Notes under the pieces: generated by a model
The model's database searches: none
Told to the model about the DNA's origin: nothing
What the model saw: the letters and a program-made list of their open reading frames with translations, nothing else
Shown: piece by piece, positions 1 through 13,000 of the stretch
Numbering within the stretch: position 1 is the first letter of the stretch
Layout: each line of letters begins with the position of its first letter
Source: an uncultured virus (IMG/VR IMGVR_UViG_2851443076_000002)
Lineage: Duplodnaviria > Heunggongvirae > Uroviricota > Caudoviricetes
Virus record (IMG/VR): IMGVR_UViG_2851443076_000002
Location: 1 to 64,000 of that record
DNA: 64,000 bases
Reading direction: 5' to 3' (one strand)
Program-made: the position numbers and the translations under genes

Positions 1-747
1 TTAAATCTCAACATAATAGTAATCACTCATCCACAACCTTCCCTGGCAAGCGCAATCAACAACAGAATGTACTTTATTTTTTTGTTCTATTGTCTCAACT
101 CCCTCAACAATCACGAAATTGCAGTATGATTTTATTTTATTTATTATTTTAAAGAATTCGCTCTCACTCTGTATTTCCCAGAAGTAATCTTTATCAATTT
201 TTATACATTCAAAATTAAACATATCTATAACTGTTAAGCTTGTTAAGCCACTCCCAAAATCATCCAGCCATACTGGACACAATTTTGAAAGACACTTTAA
301 GTCAACCATACAGCATTTAGTATTGAATTCATGAAAATGCTCGTTAATCTCAAAAGCAATGTTTTTTTGGTTTTTTAAGTAATCACCAATATATTTATCG
401 TTCAAAATACAATCGCTAATAAGACTGTCAACATTCAACGAAACTGGCTTGAACTTCAATTCTGATGCATCAAGCTTTTCAATTGTCAATATCTGTTTCT
501 TAAACACATCGATTTTTTCTTTATCGCTTAATGAAGTGAAACAAAAACCACTTTCATTAGCAAAGTAATCATTGCAGTCCTTTTTTTTAACATTTTTCGT
601 GAGAATTTCCCAAGAATGAATAGAACCATCTTTTTTAAAAGATGGTTCTAAAACAAATCTACAGGAATCTATTTCCATACTGTTCTTTATCATTAAAAAA
701 ACACCGGAACTAGGAATAATCCTAATCGTGTCATATTTAGAAATCAA
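1..747 (-). CDS. Stand-alone EAL-domain c-di-GMP phosphodiesterase (PdeH/MrkJ-like); true start may be slightly downstream
   Basis: Motifs WEILT, SLNV, FEINE, WLDDFGSG, IKIDK, IVEGVE, CQG; very low GC. Confidence 0.85.
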   Translation of the reverse strand: MISKYDTIRIIPSSGVFLMIKNSMEIDSCRFVLEPSFKKDGSIHSWEILTKNVKKKDCNDYFANESGFCFTSLSDKEKIDVFKKQILTIEKLDASELKFKPVSLNVDSLISDCILNDKYIGDYLKNQKNIAFEINEHFHEFNTKCCMVDLKCLSKLCPVWLDDFGSGLTSLTVIDMFNFECIKIDKDYFWEIQSESEFFKIINKIKSYCNFVIVEGVETIEQKNKVHSVVDCACQGRLWMSDYYYVEI

Positions 748-1047
748 AGGAAAATAGTTTAAAATGATCGATAACGATCGAACAATAGGCGAAACCTATC
801 ACATTTCTTAAATTGATCGATTATTCAAATCAAATGACTTAAAAGGGAAAAAAAGAAACATGATTTCAATATAAATTTGAATAAAATCATATTGTTATGG
901 AATGACAATACTTTAGTGGCATGTATCAAACGTTAGTTGAGAGGGGTCTGTGGTTCCGAGGAAATTTATCCGTATTGGCAATGCCGATAATAAACTATCT
1001 TAAAAATTTATATGTATAAAATCATGAGAAAAGAAATCATTGCATCT

Positions 1048-2127
1048 TCAATTATTCGGCATGCAATATCCATTCTTCCCGTTACGTTTAACTTCATATA
1101 GCATTTCATCAGCCTCTTTGATCCACTCGATGATTGATTCTTTATTTTCTGCACAAGAAATACCGATACTGACAGTGCAGTAAATATCGTTGTGAGAAGG
1201 TAATGAAAGATCTTTAATTTTTTTCTGAATTATATGAACCATAGTAATAACAAGCTTGCTATTACTATTATTAACAATAATAGCCAACTCATCGCCACCA
1301 AATCTTGCTGGTACGTCCTTCTCGCCAGCACACTCTCGTAATATTGTTGATATACGAGATAACACCGCATCACCTACTTCATGGCCATAGGTATCATTAA
1401 TTTTTTTAAAATTATCAACATCAATGAGCATAAGATAAGAATGAATTCTCTTTTTACGCGTTGCACGAAAAGCACTTTCCATTTTTTGCTCAAAAAAACG
1501 GCGATTTGGTAGATCTAAGCCAGGATCCATCAAAGCCTGTTTTTCCAGTAACTCCCTTCTTTTCCTCAACTTTATAGATAAGTGCCTTGAAACAATACTC
1601 AGTACTATGGGATAACAGGTCGCCAAGGGTAAAGAAAGCAATACTGTTCGGGTACTGAATTCTATAGTATATCTGAAATCATTTGCTAACCAAACTGTCA
1701 GGAAACTAATCATCATCCACATTAATGCTGGTTTTAAAATTTTCCATCCACCAGCAGCATAGCGATCAGCTATTTGAACTGAGATTATGAATAATGATGG
1801 AATTGGACTAACTTGCATTACAGCTATCCAGATCCCAGCCCAGAATGAATCAAGTATCATATTCTTTTTTTCAGTACTTAGCATATCCTTCGACACCATG
1901 CTTGCAAGATAAGCAACCGATGGCCAGATTAGTGCATTCAGAATTAACAAGGCTATTGTTATTTTTTGATGTGACTGTTCCTGGAGGACTGAATATATAG
2001 GAAGAAAGCAAAGAACGACACCAATCTGACGTAAAAAATATACTCGCTTAATGAACGATGAATTTCTATCAGATATGTATTTTTCATCCGGGAAATTTGT
2101 TAACATAGAAAGCCTATTATAAATCAC
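1048..2127 (-). CDS. Membrane-bound diguanylate cyclase (MASE2-like N-terminus + GGDEF, AdrA/DgcC-like)
   Basis: Several hydrophobic helices, then DPGLDLPNRR, IDVDNFKKINDTYGH and RFGGDEL. Confidence 0.9.
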   Translation of the reverse strand: MIYNRLSMLTNFPDEKYISDRNSSFIKRVYFLRQIGVVLCFLPIYSVLQEQSHQKITIALLILNALIWPSVAYLASMVSKDMLSTEKKNMILDSFWAGIWIAVMQVSPIPSLFIISVQIADRYAAGGWKILKPALMWMMISFLTVWLANDFRYTIEFSTRTVLLSLPLATCYPIVLSIVSRHLSIKLRKRRELLEKQALMDPGLDLPNRRFFEQKMESAFRATRKKRIHSYLMLIDVDNFKKINDTYGHEVGDAVLSRISTILRECAGEKDVPARFGGDELAIIVNNSNSKLVITMVHIIQKKIKDLSLPSHNDIYCTVSIGISCAENKESIIEWIKEADEMLYEVKRNGKNGYCMPNN

Positions 2128-2489
2128 TAAGAGCCGCCATCACTTTAACCCACTAAATAACAAGATAAAACCGCCCTGCATTACAAAGTTATAACACGGA
2201 TGTGAAAATTACAAGATTGCACTTCAATTAATGATAAACGTATCAATAATAACATTTGGCATCCATTTTTTTGAATCTATCCTCACGATTTATATCTGAT
2301 GCATAGTAATGCTTTAGGATTATATTCTTAAAAATTAATTTCCATTGGAATTTAGCACTACTACATTATTAATTTTGGTAGGTCATTAAAAAATAACACA
2401 ACATCTGACCAGTAAAACTTTACTTGAACTTACTTATCGTTTACTGCAAATTATTCTGTGATGTACACAGCAATTAATGTCGTTTCAGT

Positions 2490-2521
2490 TGCCCCCGGCA
2501 GTGCCTCCGGGGGATTTTTTA
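2490..2521. terminator. Intrinsic terminator-like hairpin at the end of the tail operon
   Basis: CCCCCGG-N8-CCGGGGG followed by a T-run, next to the tail fibre stop codon. Confidence 0.6.
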
Positions 2522-2527
2522 TGCTCC

Positions 2528-3964
2528 TCAACTTTCTAGTGCGTCAACTCGCCTAATCAAATCCTGCACAACTATTACCAAATCGGCGATGATCGCCGTG
2601 TAATCCACATTCATCACCCTGAGTTTTTCGCCATCAATCTTCTGCTCGATGCCGAGAAAAGTATACAGTTCGTCAGCTTTTTCAGCCTGCTGAGCGATAA
2701 AACCGCGCCTCCGGCGCGTTTCGCCTTTCATATTGAACTCGCATACCCCGAGCGCATTAATGCGCCTGGAGGCCCCCTCTTGGGGTTCTGTAAATCCGTC
2801 TTTCAGACGAACGTCAGAACCGGTAGTCATGACGTCGCCTTTGCCTGTGGTGATAGTGCCGCCTGGCCGAAATAGCCAGGCATCTGTTCGGCCATAGCCA
2901 TCAAGATAGACAACCGCCCTATGCTCTTCTCCTACCCGTTCCTCAATGTAGTAATTTGCCACTGCCCCGCGCGCATCTCCATATCCACCGCGTCCCTGTA
3001 TCATCGACTGGAACGGCGCACCGGTGACAAGCTGGCCATTAGAAGGTGCGCTGGGAGCGATGTTCCGGGCCATAATTGCTCCCCAGGCGTATAGATGCTT
3101 TTTACACATAAAGGCCCCCTCGAGAGTCAGCTCACCGGCTACGCTCTCGATAAGCCGCGTTGTGTAATCGGCGGTACTACCGTTGAAATGAAAGTCGATG
3201 TATGGCGTGCTCATCGATAGCTCAATGGCCTGCGTCAACACTTTACCCTTCGACGTGTTATCGATATTGCCGCCGGCAGACAGCGCGCCAGGCAGTGTCG
3301 TTTGGTTGTTGCCATCAATAATGAGGATGTCATCAAAGGTATCTGACGGTGAGACAGTGCTCGCTCTTGAACGCTGAACCCTGAACGGTGTTCCCGAGCC
3401 AACGGCAATTGTCCCGCCTTGCCCCTGTTTTTTGAGCAGAGCCAGATCTGAGTTCTTACCGAGAATAAAACCGGCATTATCGCTGGTTATAACCTGCGAG
3501 CCGTCGAGTTTGTTTCCTCCGGTGAGTTTTGCCAGCGCGTTAAGATCTGATGCCTTCGCCATCCCGGCTATCGCCGGCACGGTCACCTGCTTTCCGGTGA
3601 TCGGGTCAGTCAGGGTGATATCGCCGCTGCCGGTCAGGGCCATCGACCAGCCCTCCACCACACTACGCCAGAATGCAAACGCGCTGGCCAGCTGGTTAGC
3701 AAACGACGAGGTGCTGGCTGTTTCAGCGGTAATAATGCCGTAAGAGGCGCCGGAAAATGCGGTGGTGATATTCCGGGTCAGCGTCAGTTGCGTGTCGCTG
3801 TCCACGGATTTGATCGCATACAGGTCAGCACTACCGCTGCGGTAGACCACCAGAATCGACCCGGGCTGTATCCCCAGGGCTACCTGTGACCATTTTGTTG
3901 TCGCACCTGTCACCCGTGCCTGCGACGCTGCCCCCGTGACGGTGCCGACTTCATACATCGCCAT
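2528..3964 (-). CDS. Tail fibre / receptor-binding protein with C-terminal intramolecular chaperone (peptidase S74-like)
   Basis: N-terminal MYEVGTVT anchor; C-terminal SDVRLK...GFIAQQ...VDY...coiled coil; last gene of the tail operon. Confidence 0.85.
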   Translation of the reverse strand: MAMYEVGTVTGAASQARVTGATTKWSQVALGIQPGSILVVYRSGSADLYAIKSVDSDTQLTLTRNITTAFSGASYGIITAETASTSSFANQLASAFAFWRSVVEGWSMALTGSGDITLTDPITGKQVTVPAIAGMAKASDLNALAKLTGGNKLDGSQVITSDNAGFILGKNSDLALLKKQGQGGTIAVGSGTPFRVQRSRASTVSPSDTFDDILIIDGNNQTTLPGALSAGGNIDNTSKGKVLTQAIELSMSTPYIDFHFNGSTADYTTRLIESVAGELTLEGAFMCKKHLYAWGAIMARNIAPSAPSNGQLVTGAPFQSMIQGRGGYGDARGAVANYYIEERVGEEHRAVVYLDGYGRTDAWLFRPGGTITTGKGDVMTTGSDVRLKDGFTEPQEGASRRINALGVCEFNMKGETRRRRGFIAQQAEKADELYTFLGIEQKIDGEKLRVMNVDYTAIIADLVIVVQDLIRRVDALES

Positions 3965-4001
3965 AATAAAGTTCCTCCTGGATGGTTATCCCTGGAAAAA
4001 G

Positions 4002-4024
4002 AAAAGGCCCCTTACGGGGCCTCT
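4002..4024 (-). terminator. Hairpin terminator between J and the tail fibre gene
   Basis: AGGCCCC-TTAC-GGGGCCT with an A-run on + (U-run on -). Confidence 0.6.
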
Positions 4025-4025
4025 G

Positions 4026-7000
4026 TTAGCTAAATGAACTGCTGTCCGTCCGAAATGCGGTTGCGGTGATGTTCTCGACTGTGCAGGTGTAATCAATCGC
4101 GGCAGTACGACCTGTCGCTTTGATAAAGAAGCCGACATTGTTGTAGTCAGCATCCAGGCGCGCGGCAAACCGCAATTCAAAGGCCGTGGTGCCGGCTGTG
4201 ATGTTACCGGCGTCAACGAAGATACGGCGGGTTACCTCCTGTCCACCGATGTTGAAGGTAATATCGGAGGTGTACCCCAGGCCATTACCCGTTCCATAGG
4301 TCTGGCATACCAGGGTGCAGGCCAGAACAACTGTCATGCTATACCCCCTGTTCTGATACGCACCGTTCCGCTGTACCGTCTGGTTGCGGCGGAAGGTCAG
4401 GCTGTCGTAACTTTTGGCCACCGCAATGTCACCGATGAACGCATCCGCCTGGACAGTGCCACGGAACACGCCGCTAGTCGCTTCGACCCTGCCACGGACG
4501 ATCACGTTATTGAACTGCGAAGAGCCATCCTTGGCGATACGCCAGCCGCGTGACCCGTCAACAAAGTCATTCGAGCGGATCTCGTTGCCGATCTTCGCGT
4601 TCGTGATGGAACCGTCAGCAATTTTGGTTGAGGTCAGGGAACTGTTTTTGATACGTGCCGTATCGATATACAGTTCATTGCCTTCGGCAATCATCACCGG
4701 CACTGCCGTCGCATTGTTACGATTAAACAGCGAGAAGCGGTCAGCGTAGAGGATCATGTCGCTCGTTTCACCATTGCTGCCCAGCGTAATCCCCGCGCCA
4801 ACATTCTTCCCGTTAACCGTCTCAACCTTCATCGACCACAGCGAACTCACCGTACCATTCACATCCGCCACGGTTTTGGCGGTGTTCTGAACGGAAGCGC
4901 TGAGATCCCCGACACTGGATGTCAGGGTCGTCTGCTGCGTTGCCAGCGCCTCCAGTGCCGTTGCATGCGTCTGCTGGGTACTGGTGATACTGGCTACCGA
5001 CTTAATCGTGTTGTCCAGCGTCGTCTGGTTTTTGATGTTGGCGGCCGCCTGCGCGTCAATCTGCGACTGAAGCGAGGTATTCAGGCTGGCCTGTGTGCTC
5101 TGGCTGTCGCTCAGCGTCTTCGCCATGTTATCGACGCGGGAGTTGGCGTTATCCACTTTCGTGGCCAGTGCCGTCTGCTGCTGCGCCTGGGCAGTGATTT
5201 TCCCTTCGGCATCCGTTACGCGCGCCGTCAGGCCGCTCACGGCACTCGCCGTCGCGTCTGAGGCATCCTGTGCCGCTTTCGCATCGGTAACATCCGTGAT
5301 GACCAGATCGTCGATATACAGTGAATAGCCAGGGGTACCGTTGCCGGTGGCGCCACGGGTGGAGATCCAGACCACCGCGCGTGTTCTGCCTGCCCCGTTG
5401 TTACTGGCGATCCCCGTGAATTTCACCCACTTATCGCGCGCGCCCAGAGAGGCTTCGCTGACAGTGACCGCCGCCTGCCAGGCATTTTGCCCGGCAGCAT
5501 TCTGTGACTGGATACCGACCAGCGTTGTCCACCCGGAGGAGGGCGCCTGATCCGCCGGCATCATGGCCCAGAACTCAAACCGGAACTTCGCGTCCTCACG
5601 GACTGACTGCCAGGTGCCAAGCTGTTTATCGCTGTTGCCGCCGTTGTTCTCATCCCGTCTCAACTTCAGGCTCTTATCGCCGGTGAATTTCTGAGACGCC
5701 ACCACAACGGCGGTGCCGTTCCCGCCCAGCACCTGGCCATCGCTGTAGCTTTCAAACGTACCGTCAACCCACGGATTAGCTCCCTGAGTACTGATGGTAT
5801 TGATGCTGCTGGTCAGCGACGTGATACTCTGCGACTGGCTGGTGATAGTGTTTTCCACCTGGCTTACGCGACCAGTCAGTGAACTCACTGCAGTCGTGTC
5901 AGCCTTTTTACTCACCGTATCGTTTGTCGACCTGAGGCTGTTCTCCAGCGCCGTTATCGAGGAACTCAGGGAGTCAATATTACCCCCCTGGGTCTTCACT
6001 GTGTTCTGGAGCGTGGTAATTGCCGACGCGTTCGCATCAGCCTTCATCATCACACCGCCGGCTGCACCCAGCCCCATCATTATCCCGTTCACAAATTCGA
6101 CTGAGGTCGAAATGTGAGCGGTGGCGTCACCACCGGTTGGCGCACGCAGTTCCAGACCATCGCCCGACCTCATGCCTTTGCGGCCAAGGAGAATATAGGC
6201 ACCACGATACGGCAGGGAGTTGACGACTTCGGATGTACCACCAAGAGATTCCAGAGCAGACAATATCTTACCTCGGTTGCCAGATGGCTCATCGAATGTC
6301 AGGACGCAAACGTAAGTGCCACTGGCCAACGCCTCGATATCAGCCGACATCGTGGCACCATTATTCGCGCTGCCAAAGACATCGTATGTTTTGGATGTCG
6401 CAATCACCGTTGATCCGTTGCTGTGTTTTGCAAAAGTGACCAGTGCCCAGCTGCGACCAGGGGTAAACAGATTTTTGCCGCTTTCATCAAAAACTCCAGG
6501 AGTTACGCTGTTGCCATTTCCCCGTGCAGTGACAGTAAACACAGTGCGACGGTTCATCGAGGCCTGCAGGCTGGTAATGCTACTGTTCGCCGCAGTTAAA
6601 TCGCCCCCCTGAGATGTCACCGTGTTCCGGAGATCCTGCAATGCAGAAGCATCAGCCTTCCTGGCAATGTTGTTCTGAGCTGTCGACAGCCCGTTTTCCA
6701 GCGATGTGGTGCGATTACCGATAGAGCTTATGGAAGTGCCCTGCTGATTCACTGCCGTTGTCAACAAGTCCACAGCCGACGCGCTGGCGCTATCAGACGG
6801 AGACTCGTTCCAGTCGGAAACAACGTTACCTACCTCAAACTTCGGACTGTTGATGCACACCGTCTGGTCTTTGGAGGTATTACTCTCGATACGGCACAGA
6901 ATCAGGCGCTTGGTACCCGTGGTAGGTGTCTGTTTCCACTTAACCCAATAGCGAGCCCATGAAGTGGTCAGCGTGAAGTACGCACGGCCATCGGTGTTAT

Positions 7001-10000
7001 TACCTTTCGCACCCTGGCTGGTCTCGATAGACGTTGTGGTGTTCGGATTGTAGAAGAACGCCGTCATCGTCTGGCCGGCAACACCGCCTTTCGCATAGAA
7101 GCTGTAAACGTACTCACCTGCATCGACAGGCGACTCAAGCGTGATTTCGCGCAGATCCTTGTAACCGGAGCCGGCTTTTACCGTTGCACCAATTACCGCG
7201 TTACCACGATACGTCTCGCTGGTAACGTTCGACCAGCCGGTCATATCGCCGGAGTTCTTGATCAGGTTTGTTCCACCGACAGAAATAGAATCAACCTTGT
7301 TGTTCAGATTCGTGACAGACGAACTCGTTGAGTTAATGTCTTTTTCGGTCTGGGTAACACGGTTGGTCAGTGCCGTCAGAGCATTAGCGTCTGCTTTATT
7401 GCTGACGTTGTTATTAGTCGTCGCCAGGTCATTTGTCAGTTTAGTGATGCTGTTACCCTGACTGGTGATCTGGTCGCCCTGTTGGGATACGGTCGAGTTC
7501 AGTGTCGAAATCGCATTAGCGTTAGCATCTGCTGTACTTTGCGCATTGTAGGCATCAGTCACTTCGGTAATGACCAGGTCATCAATGAGGAATGAGTTAC
7601 CCGCCTTAACGCTGCTAACGTTAGGAATAGAAATCCTGACCATTGCCTGCTTAATACCGCTCTTCGTTGATTTCAGGTAACCAGAAACCTTCGTCCATTT
7701 AGTTGAAGAGAGATCCTTTGCCGCTTTGGTAACTGCCGGCCACTGCCAGGAGTTGTCCTGATACTGGAGCGATAAGCCGACGGAAATCTGCACGTTCTCG
7801 GCCATAGCGGTACTCTTGGCATCCAGCTTAACCCAGCATTCCATATAGAAGACTGCGTTATCGCGAACCTGGAATCCGCTGAAAATGTGGGTATCAGTGT
7901 TGTCAGTTGCATTGGTATTGTAGTCATTCGGACGCGTCACACGAATGCATTTATTGCCGCCATGCGAGTCGTCAGTGGTCACGATGGCACGGTTATTCGC
8001 CAGATTGTGGCCAACCGCGTAGCTTTCAAAAGTGCCATCAGGAAGCAGATTAGCGCCGCGTTTGGATTGCTGGCTCAGAGAGCTGCTGAGCGACGTAATG
8101 TTGCTGTTCGCCGCCGTCAGACCGGACTCCGTCTTCTCCACTCGTCCGGTTAGCGAGTTCATCGCCGTCTGATCCGCTTTGCTGGCCACATTCGCGTCTG
8201 TCTGCGTCAGCGCATTCCGGAGCTGGGTGATGCTCTGCGAATTGCTGACCACATCGTTGCCAATCTGGCTGACATTCGAGCTGAGTACGCCGGCTGCGTT
8301 TGCCAGCGCGGAAACACCGAGACCGGAGTACATCTCAGCAACCTTGTCTGACAGCTTCAGGCCCAGGTTGATATACGCCTGGCCGGTCCACTGATTCACC
8401 AGAAACTCAACGGTATTCCAGCCGACTTTCAGTTCAAAACTGCCGGTAGTCCAGCTGGCATTCCCCCAGGCAACCTGAACGCCATTTACAAATACAGCGC
8501 CGGTATCATCAAAAATCCTGTTACCGGGCGCCATTGTGATGGTGGTATCGGCGGCCACTTTCACCTGGCAGGAATACAGCGCGATCAGATAGCTGCCGGC
8601 GGACGTAAAGTCCAGTTTGGCCGCGTCGGCCACCTCATCCACGACCACGGGCGCCACGGCGCGAATATCGCTGAATGACGGGACTGTCCCGGCGTTAGCC
8701 AGCTGCACAGGATAGATCCGACGGGACCAGCTATTCGGCTGGCCATTGACCAGCTGATTCGACAGACTGGTGATGCTGTCAGTATTGCTGCGAATATTCT
8801 GGCCGTTTTGCTCTACCTGCTGTGTTAACGCGGTGACCGCGCTCGCCTCCGCTTTCTTCGCCAGCGCGGCATTTGTCGTGTTCAGGCTGTTCTGCAGGTT
8901 CGTCAGCTGCTGGCTTTGCGAGGTGATATGCCCTTCCGCTGTACTGACCCGGTTCGTTAGTCCGGTAACGGCGCCAGCGGTGGCATCGATGTCCACCCGG
9001 TCGGTAACGTCAGTGACGTAAAAATCATCGAAGTAGCGGCTTCCGCTAATCAGATAGTTGCTCATCGTCACCGGCAGGCTGGCTGTCTCCGTCGCTTTCC
9101 AGCGACCGGAAATCAGGGTCCAGTTTGTCCCCACCGTACCGCTGTTATATGGACGCTCAAAAACCGGCTGGCCGGCAGAGTTACCGATCCGCAGCTTGTT
9201 GTTCCCCGCGCCATTATCCGTCGTCGCTCCGGGTTCCTTGACCCACACCCCGATTTCATAGGTTCGCCCCTGAACAAACGGGATGTATTGCCCCGGAGAC
9301 ACGCTTCCCGGATCAACCTTCAGCGCCCGCGTCCCGCTGTGAGGAGCGGAAACCTCCACCACACTGGTCGCGGTTGACCGCCCGGTATAACCATCCAGCC
9401 CGCGTTCAAACGAGGGATTCACGACCAGGTTACCCGGTATCTGCCCGCTGGCATCGATATCTGCCGCGACCTGCGAGAGGCTGTTCGACAGGTTCGTCAG
9501 CGAATTGCTCTGGCTCTCCAGCGTTTTGCCCTGCTGCGTCACTTTCGTGTCGAGCGTGGCCAGCGCAGTCGCATCGGCTTTCTGCGCCAGCGCTTTATCG
9601 GTATTCGCCAGATTTCCGGTCAGCTTCGTGATGGCGCTGTTCGCAGCCGTCAGGTCATTGCCCAGCTGTTTGACGGTATTGGTCAAATCCTGCACCGCTG
9701 TCGCATCAGCCTTTTTGGCCACTGCGGCATTGGTGGTTGCCAGCCCGTTTTCCAGCTGGGTTGTCCGGTTGCCGGTCGAGGTCAGCAGATTACCCTGTTG
9801 AGTCACGGTGGTGGTCAGGGAGTCAACCGCCGCCGCCGTGGCGTCCGCAGTATCCTGAACCTTTTGCACCGCTGTCACATTTCGCATATGCCAGTCCGTA
9901 ACGAACCATACGGTGCCATACGGGCTGTTCTGCGAGATCTGCAGGAACGGGCGGATATAACCCCTGTCCACCATCGCCTGCGTGACCTTGAAGCGCCAGG

Positions 10001-13000
10001 TGGTTCTCTGCCAGGTCGCGGAGGGGGATTTTCCGCCACCCGCCATGAGTGGCGCACCGGTGCTCGTATCTGGCCGAACGGCGGTACCAACATACAGATT
10101 AAAATTCGCTGTGCCGGCGCCGCAGGCAACCAGTGCGCTGATCTCAATCACATCGTTAAGCGTGGCCGGGAACGCGGCAAAGTTAGGATGGTGATCCCGG
10201 CTGGCAATTCTGGCCGCATAACCATACGGGCATCCCGACGGAACATCCTCAGCCGTCGTGGATACCACACTGAACCCCATCTGGTCGTAAGTTGGGTCAA
10301 ATGTCGGGTTGGGAATTAAATCCCCGCCTGATGCGTTTCCGGCCCGTACAGCGGATTTCAGCGAGGTAATGTTGGCGTTAGCAGCCGTCAACCCGGATTC
10401 CGTCTTCTCCACTCGTCCGGTTAGCGAGTTCATCGCCGTCTGATCCGCTTTGCTGGCCACGTTCGCGTCTGTCTGCGTCAGCGCATTCCGGAGCTGGGTG
10501 ATGCTCTGCGAATTGCTGACCACATCGTTGCCAATCTGGCTGACATTCGAGCTGAGTACGCCGGCTGCGTTTGCCAGCGCGGAAACACCGAGACCGGAGT
10601 ACATCTCAGCAACCTTGTCTGACAGCTTCAGGCCCAGGTTGATATACGCCTGGCCGGTCCACTGATTCACCAGAAACTCAACGGTATTCCAGCCGGCTTT
10701 CAGATCAAAACTGACGGTAGTCCAGCTGGCGTTTCCCCAGGCAACCTGAACGCCATTTACAAATACAGCACCGGTATCATCAAAAACCCTGTTACCGGGC
10801 GCCATTGTGATGGTGGTATCGGCGGCCACTTTTACCTGGCAGGAATACAGCGCGATCAGATAGCTGCCGGCGGACGTAAAGTCCAGTTTGGCCGCGTCGG
10901 CCGCCTCATCCACGACCACGGGCGCCACGGCGCGAATATCGCTGAATGACGGGACTGTCCCGGCGTTAGCCAGCTCCACAGGATAGATCCGACGGGACCA
11001 GCTATTCGGCTGGCCATTGACCAGCTGATTCGACAGACTGGTGATGCTGTCAGTATTGCTGCGAATATCCTGGCCGTTTTGCTCTACCTGCTGTGTTAAC
11101 GCGGTGACCGCGCTCGCCTCCGCTTTCTTCGCCAGCGCGGCATTTGTCGTGCCCAAATCGCTCGTCAGTTTCGTGATGGACTGACCCTGGCTGGTTATCC
11201 TGTCACCCTGCTGGGTAACAACAGACTGCAGCCCGCTCAGCGCCTCATTCGTACCAGCCAGGCCCGTTTCCGTCTGGCCAACCCGGTTAGTGAGCGATGT
11301 TAACGCGGCGCCCTGCGATGTCAGCGTGGCGCCCTGTTGCTCAACTTTCTGCGTCAGGGACGTCAGCGCGGCCGCATCGGCTTTTTTCCCGAGGCTGGTT
11401 TCAAGTCCACCGATACGGCTCGCCTGCGCGTTCTGCTCTGTCGTCAGAGAACTCAGTTCACCAGAAACAGCAGCTTTGTTGTCGTTAAACTGCGTCTGCA
11501 GGGACTCTCTGGCCTTAACTTCCGCCGAGATGGCGGTAACGCGCGCGGTTTTTTCCTGGTACAGCAGCCCGGAGGTGACTTTCTCCAGATCGCTCCCATC
11601 ATAGGAGCCACGCATCTGCGCCGCCAGCGTGCTGCGTGCCTGCGCTTCGGCGGTCAGCGCGTTACTCAGCGTACTGCGCACATCCTGCAGAGCCGCCGTA
11701 CTGGCGCCGGGTGCTGGCCGGCCAACGGCGATCCAGTCGAATTCGATAAAGTTGCTGGCATCCTGCTGGTTCGTCAGGTCCAGGCGAATACGATCAATGT
11801 TCCCTGTCCACGGAATATCACGCACCGTCAGGGTTGCCACCCCATCGGCATACTCCGGCTCAGCAACAATGTATCGCTTCGTGTTATTGAAGTTTTCGCC
11901 GGCAGACACCCAGCGGATCTCACCCGCCCAAACTGGTTTGCCGGTTTTACGAAAGCGCAGCATGATGAAACGGTACGCCGCACCATCGACAGCCAGCCCG
12001 CCAGGAGAGGTAATGTACGGATCGGTGGCGCTGTCAGCAGGGCGTAACCAGCCATCCTGGGACACTCCCGGTACGCCGGCGCTTCCGGTCCAGCCCTCGG
12101 TCGTCTGATTGTTGAAATGCCAGATAACCTGCGAATCGAACTGGATATTAGCGCCGGCAGCGAGGCTGGACATTTCCCGCGCCAGATTTTCATCGGCACT
12201 CTTCATTACCTGAGTCAGGCTCTCGATACTCGCCTCAATCCCCTGCGTTGCCGCCAGCAGTTCATCAGCAGCCTGTGCCGCCTTCGCGTTAACATCTGCG
12301 ATACGATCCGCAGTTTCCTGCTTAACCGCATTGGTTAACGTGGTGTTGACCTGAGACAACGACTGCTTCAGGCCATTCTCGGCAGTTTTAATCTGCGCAT
12401 TCAATGCGGCATCGCCGTCGGCCAGTGACTTGCTCAAAATTGCTATCTGCTGATTCGCATCAGCGACGGCGGATTTTGCCTCCTGAATCCCCTTGTTTGC
12501 CTGAGCCAGACCAGAATCGAGAGACTCATTTACCGAGGTAAGCTCATCCGTGATGGTTTTATTCACGGCGAAGATTTTCCCGTCAACATCAGCAGTGATG
12601 CTTTTCGCCGATGCATCAATATCCTGGCTGACTTGCTTCGCCTGATCTGCGGCTTCCTGACGCAGCTCTTCAGCGGTCTGCTCCAGTTCCTGCTGCGTAT
12701 TGCGGATACCTTCCTGCGTTTCGCTAATGGTGCGCTGCGTTTCCTCCCAGGCATCCGTATCCTTGATCGCATCGGTCAGGTTTTCGTAGTAGTCATCAAA
12801 GTTATCGCTGGCCATCCCCTGGACCCAGCCGGTCCACGGGCTTTCATTGCCAAGACGATCCACAAGGCGCGCCCGATACCAGAATTCTGCGCCCATACTG
12901 AGGCCCATCTGCTGATAGCTTTTCCCCGGATAGGCCACGTCTGATAACGGCATCGGCGCACTGCCGTCCTGATTTTTGCTGTACTGCAGTTCCGTGCGCA

